Positions 58,690 through 64,000 of a stretch of 64,000 bases of DNA are shown one piece after another. The DNA is from Squalus acanthias. Taxonomy: Eukaryota. The notes beneath the pieces were generated by a model. That model had not been told where the DNA came from, made no database searches, and saw nothing but the letters and a program-made list of their open reading frames with translations. The position numbers were made by a program, and so were the translations under genes. Each line of letters opens with the position of its first letter. The first letter of the stretch is position 1. The stretch covers positions 111,106,001 to 111,170,000 of the forward strand of contig CM059432.1 in NCBI GenBank assembly GCA_030390025.1, given 5' to 3'.

Positions 58690-61600
58690 TGTAGAGAGAG
58701 CAGTACAGAGGAGAGTGGTGTAGAGAGAGCGGTACAGAGAGAGCGGTGTAGAGAGAGCGGTGTAAAGAGAGCGATGTAGAGAGAGCGGTGCAGAGAGGGC
58801 GGTACAGAGAGAGTGGTGTAGAGAGAGCGGTGCAGAGAGAGCGGTACAGAGAGCGGTGCAGAGAGAGCGGTGTAGAGAGAGCGGTGTAGAGAGAGCGGTG
58901 CAGAGAGAGCGGTACAGAGAGCGGTGTAGAGAGAGCGGTGCAGAGAGAGCGGTGCAGAGAGAGCGGTGTAGAGAGAGCGGTGCAGAGAGAGCGGTGCAGA
59001 GACAGCGGTGTAGAGAGAGCGGTGTAGAGAGAGCGGTCCAGAGAGCGGTGCAGAGAGCGCGGTGCAGAGAGCGCGGTGCAGAGAGCGCGGTGCAGAGAGA
59101 GCGGTGCAGAGAGAGCGGTGCAGAGAGAGCGGTAGAGAGAGAGCGGTGTAGAGAGAACGGTCCAGAGAGCGGTGCAGAGAGAGCGGTCCAGAGAGCGGTG
59201 CAGAGAGAGCGGTCCAGAGAGAGCGGTCCAGAGAGCGGTGCAGAGAGAGCGGTGCAGAGAGAGCGGTGTAGAGAGAGCGGTGTAGAGAGAGCGGTGCAGA
59301 GAGCGCGGTGCAGAGAAAGCGGTGCAGAGAGCGGTGCAGAGAGAGCGGTGCAGAGAGAGCGGTGCAGAGAGAGCGGTGTAGAGAGAGCGGTGTAGAGAGC
59401 GGTGTAGAGAGAGCGGTGTAGAGAGAGCGGTGTAGAGAGAGCGGTAGAGAGAGCGGTGCAGAGAGAGCGGTGCAGAGAGAGCGGTGCAGAGAGAGCGGTG
59501 CAGAGAGAGCGGTGCAGAGAGAGCGGTGCAGAGAGAGCGGTGCAGAGAGAGCGGTGCAGAGAGAGCGGTGCAGAGAGAGCGGTAGAGAGAGAGCGGTGCA
59601 GAGAGAGCGGTGCAGAGAGAGCGGTGCAGAGAGAGCGGTGCAGAGAGAGCGGTGCAGAGAGAGCGGTGCAGAGAGAGCGGTGCAGAGAGAGCGGTAGAGA
59701 GAGAGGTGTAGAGAGAGCGCTGCAGAGAGAGCGGTGCAGAGAGAGCGGTGCAGAGACAGCGGTGTAGAGAGCGGTGTAGAGAGAGCGGTGTAGAGAGAGC
59801 GGTGGAGAGAGAGCGGTGTAGAGAGAGCGGTGTAGAGAGAGCAGTGTAGAGAGAGCGGTGTAGAGAGAGCGGTGTAGAGAGAGCGGTGCAGTGAGAGCGG
59901 TGCAGAGAGAGCGGTGTAGAGCGCGGTGTAGAGAGCGCGGTGCAGAGAGAGCGGTGCAGAGAGAGCGGTGCAGAGAGCGGTCCAGAAAGCGGTGTAGAGA
60001 GAGCGGTGTAGAGAGAGCGGTGCAGAGAGAGCGGTGCAGAGAGAGCGGTGCAGAGAGAGCGGTGTAGAGAGAGCGGTGTAGAGAGAGCGGTGCAGAGAGA
60101 GCGGTGCAGAGAGAGCGGTGCAGAGAGAGCGGTGTAGAGAGAGCGGTGCAGAGAGAGCGGTGTAGAGAGAGCGTGTAGAGAGAGCGGTGAAGAGAGAGCG
60201 GTGTAGAGAGAGCGGTGCAGAGAGAGCGGTGCAGAGAGAGCGTGCAGAGAGAGCGGTGTAGAGAGAGCGGTGCAGAGAGAGCGGTGTAGAGAGAGCGGTG
60301 CAGAGAGAGCGGTGTAGAGAGCGGTGTAGAGAGAGCGGTGCAGAGAGAGCGGTGTAGAGAGAGCGGTGTAGAGAGCGGTGTAGAGAGAGCGGTGGCAGAG
60401 AGAGCGGTGTAGAGAGAGCGGTGCAGAGAGAGCGGTGCAGAGAGAGCGGTGTAGAGAGAGCGGTGCAGAGAGAGCGGTGCAGAGAGAGCGGTGCAGAGAG
60501 AGCGGTGCAGAGAGAGCGGTGTAGAGAGAGCGGTGCAGAGAGAGCGGTGTAGAGAGAGCGGTGTAGAGAGAGCGGTGTAGAGAGAGCGGTGTAGAGAGAG
60601 CGGTGCAGAGAGAGCGGTGTAGAGAGAGCGGTGCAGAGAGAGCGGTAGAGAGCGGTGAAGAGAGAGCGGTGTAGAGAGAGCGGTCCAGAGAGCGGTGTAG
60701 AGAGAGCGGTGCAGAGAGAGCGTGTAGAGAGAGCGGTGTAGAAGAGAGCGGTGCAGAGAGAGCGGTGTAGAGAGAGCGGTGCAGAGAGAGCGGTGTAGAG
60801 AGAGCGGTGTAGAGAGAGCGGTGTAGAGAGAGCGGTGCAGAGAGAGCGGTGTAGAGAGAGCGGTCCAGAGAGAGCGGTGTAGAGAGAGCGGTGCAGAGAG
60901 AGCGGTGTAGAGAGAGCGGTGTAGAGAGCGGTGTAGAGAGAGCGGTGTAGAGAGAGCGGTGAAGAGAGAGCGGTGTAGAGAGAGCGGTGCAGAGAGAGCG
61001 GTGTAGAGAGAGCGGTGTAGAGAGAGCGGTGCAGAGAGAGCGGTGAGAGAGAGCGGTGCAGAGAGAGCGGTGTAGAGAGCGGTGTAGAGAGAGCGGTGTA
61101 GAGAGAGCGGTGTAGAGAGAGCGGTGCAGAGAGAGCGGTGTAGAGAGAGCGGTGCAGAGAGAGCGGTGTAGAGAGAGCGTGGTAGAAGGAGCGGTGCGAG
61201 AGACGCGGTGCAGAGAGAGCGGTGTAGAGAGAGCGGTGTAGAGAGAGCAGTGCAGAGAGAGCGGAGCAGAGAGAGCGGTGCAGAGAGAGCGGTGTAGAGA
61301 GAGCGGTGTAGAGAGAGCAATCCAGAGAGAGCGGTGTAGAGAGAGCGGTGCAGAGAGAGCGGTGCAGAGAGAGCGGTGCAGAGAGAGCGGTGTAGAGAGA
61401 GCGGTGCAGAGAGAGCGGTGTAGAGAGAGCGGTGTAGAGAGAGCGGATCAGAGAGAGCGGTGTAGAGAGAGCGGTCCAGAGAGAGCGGTCCAGAGAGAGC
61501 GGTGCAGAGAGAGCGGTGTAGAGAGAGCGGTGTAGAGAGAGCGGTGTAGTGAGAGCGGTGTAGAGACAGCGGTGTAGAGAGAGCGGTGTAGATAGAGCGG

Positions 61601-64000
61601 TACAGAGAGAGCGGTGTAGCGAGAGCGGTGTAGAGAGAGCGGTCCAGAGAGCGGTGCAGAGAGTGAGGTGCAGAGAGAGCGGTGCAGAGACAGCGGTGTA
61701 GAGAGAGCGGTGCAGGAAGAGCGGTGCAGGGAGAGCGGTGTAGAGACAGCGGTCCAGAGAGAGCGGTCCAGAGAGAGCGGTGCAGAGAGAGCGGTTCAGA
61801 GAGAGCGGTGCAGAGAGAGCGGTGCAGAGAGAGCGGTAGAGAGAGAGGTGTAGAGAGAGCGGTGCAGAGAGAGCTGTGCAGAGAGAGCGGTGTAGAGAGC
61901 GCAGTGTAGAGAGAGCGGTGTAGAGAGAGCGGTGCAGAGAGAGCGGTGCAGAGAGTGCGGTGCAGAGAAAGCGGTGTAGAGAGAGCGGTGTAGAGAGAGC
62001 AGTGCAGAGAGAGCGGTGCAGAGAGAGCGGTCCAGAGAGCGGTGCAGAGAGTGGTGTAGAGAGAGCGGTCCAGAGAGAGCGGTGTAGAGAGAGCGGTGTA
62101 GAGAGAGCGGTGTAGAGAGAGCGGTGCAGAGAGCGCGGTGTAGAGAGCGCGGTGCAGAGAGAGCGGTGCAGAGAGAGCGGTGCAGAGAGAGCGGTGTAGA
62201 GAGAGCGGTGCAGAGAGAGCGGTGTAGAGAGAGCGGTGCAGAGAGAGCGGATCAGAGAGAGCAGTACAGAGAGAGCAGTCCAGAGAGAGCGGTCCAGAGA
62301 GAGCGGTGCAGAGAGAGCGGTGTAGAGAGAGCGGTGTAGAGAGAGCGGATCAGAGAGAGCGGTGTAGAGAGAGCGGTGTAGAGAGAGCGGTGTAGAGAGA
62401 GCGGTGCAGAGAGCGCGGTGTAGAGAGCGCGGTGCAGAGAGAGCGGTGCAGAGAGAGCGGTGCAGAGAGAGCGGTGCAGAGAGAGCGGTGTAGAGAGAGC
62501 GGTGTAGAGAGAGCAATCCAGAGAGAGCGGTGTAGAGAGAGCGGTGCAGAGAGAGCGGTGTAGAGAGAGCGGTGCAGAGAGAGCGGTGTAGAGAGAGCGG
62601 TGCAGAGAGAGCGGATCAGAGAGAGCAGTACAGAGAGAGCGGTGCAGAGAGAGCGGTCCAGAGAGAGCGGTGCAGAGAGAGCGGTGTAGAGAGAGCGGTG
62701 TAGAGAGAGCGGATCAGAGAGAGCAGTACAGAGAGAGCGGTGTAGAGAGAGCGGTGCAGAGAGAGCGGTGTAGAGAGAGCGGTGTAGAGAGAGCGGATCA
62801 GAGAGAGCAGTACAGAGAGAGTGGTGCAGAGAGTGAGGTGCAGAGAGAGCGGTGCAGAGACAGCGGTGTAGAGAGAGCGGTGCAGGAAGAGCGGTGCAGG
62901 GAGAGCGGTGTAGAGACAGCGGTCCAGAGAGAGCGGTCCAGAGAGAGCGGTGCAGAGAGAGCGGTTCAGAGAGAGCGGTGCAGAGAGAGCGGTGCAGAGA
63001 GAGCGGTAGAGAGAGAGGTGTAGAGAGAGCGGTGCAGAGAGAGCGGTGCAGAGAGAGCGGTGTAGAGAGCGCAGTGTAGAGAGAGCGGTGTAGAGAGAGC
63101 GGTGCAGAGAGAGCGGTGCAGAGAGAGCGGTGCAGAGAGAGCGGTGTAGAGAGAGCGGTGTAGAGAGAGCAGTGCAGAGAGAGCGGTGCAGAGAGAGCGG
63201 TGCAGAGAGAGCGGTCCAGAGAGCAGTGCAGAGAGTGGTGTAGAGAGAGCGGTCCAGAGAGAGCGGTGTAGAGAGAGCGGTGTAGAGAGAGCGGTGTAGA
63301 GAGAGCGGTGCAGAGAGCGCGGTGTAGAGAGCGCGGTGCAGAGAGAGCGGTGCAGAGAGAGCGGTGCAGAGAGAGCGGATCAGAGAGAGCAGTACAGAGA
63401 GAGCAGTCCAGAGAGAGCGGTCCAGAGAGAGCGGTGCAGAGAGAGCGGTGTAGAGAGAGCGGTGTAGAGAGAGCGGATCAGAGAGAGCGGTGTAGAGAGA
63501 GCGGTGTAGAGAGAGCGGTGTAGAGAGAGCGGTGCAGAGAGCGTGGTGTAGAGAGCGCGGTGCAGAGAGAGCGGTGCAGAGAGAGCGGTGCAGAGAGAGC
63601 GGTGCAGAGAGAGCGGTGCAGAGAGAGCGGTGTAGAGAGAGCGGTGTAGAGAGAGCAATCCAGAGAGAGCGGTGTAGAGAGAGCGGTGCAGAGAGAGCGG
63701 TGTAGAGAGAGCGGTGCAGAGAGAGCGGTGTAGAGAGAGCGGTGCAGAGAGAGCGGATCAGAGAGAGCAGTACAGAGAGAGCGGTGCAGAGAGAGCGGTG
63801 CAGAGAGAGCGGTCCAGAGAGAGCGGTGCAGAGAGAGCGGTGTAGAGAGAGCGGTGTAGAGAGAGCGGATCAGAGAGAGCAGTACAGAGAGAGCGGTGTA
63901 GAGAGAGCGGTGCAGAGAGAGCGGTGTAGAGAGAGCGGTGTAGAGAGAGCGGATCAGAGAGAGCAGTACAGAGAGAGCGGTCCAGAGAGAGCGGTGCAGA
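58690..64000. repeat. 14-bp tandem array GAGAGAGCGGTG(C/T)A, >5.3 kb, running off the window end
   Basis: Directly visible period, giving a 14-aa period in ORFs (TALSAPLSLHRSLC). Includes 12-bp deletion variants. Confidence 0.98.

Noticed and set aside
58623..63658. 1297-aa, 891-aa and other ORFs in the 14-bp array
   Set aside because: They are translations of a stop-free repeat. Several frames are open at once with the same 14-aa period.

Overview
This is eukaryotic, repeat-saturated DNA. It is probably from a cartilaginous fish, inferred from the CR1 tails, Deu-type SINE and Harbinger families. I found no supportable host protein-coding gene, rRNA, true tRNA or CRISPR. The window holds seven CR1 LINE copies from at least three subfamilies (some nested), three copies of a second CR1-group LINE family, an L2 3' end and DeuSINE relics. 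It also holds two two-gene PIF/Harbinger transposons (spliced Myb/SANT gene plus convergent DDE transposase), a non-autonomous derivative and several relics. A young 4.5-kb Gypsy LTR retrotransposon sits inside a CR1 ORF1, and a 1.33-kb solo LTR splits a 37-bp minisatellite. Two large G-rich tandem arrays are present: a 25-bp unit over ~11.9 kb and a 14-bp unit over >5.3 kb. Four observations stand out. (1) The Gypsy element has no tRNA-type primer-binding site; that position instead holds a perfect 13-nt complement of its own LTR that covers the ATTAAA poly(A) signal (candidate self-priming), and its RT motif reads YLDN. (2) An ORF1-less LINE has a tRNA-derived A/B-box head running straight into the endonuclease. 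(3) A CR1 subfamily has a duplicated 3' tail. (4) Both large arrays show higher-order structure. Most long ORFs in the track are artefacts of the tandem arrays.
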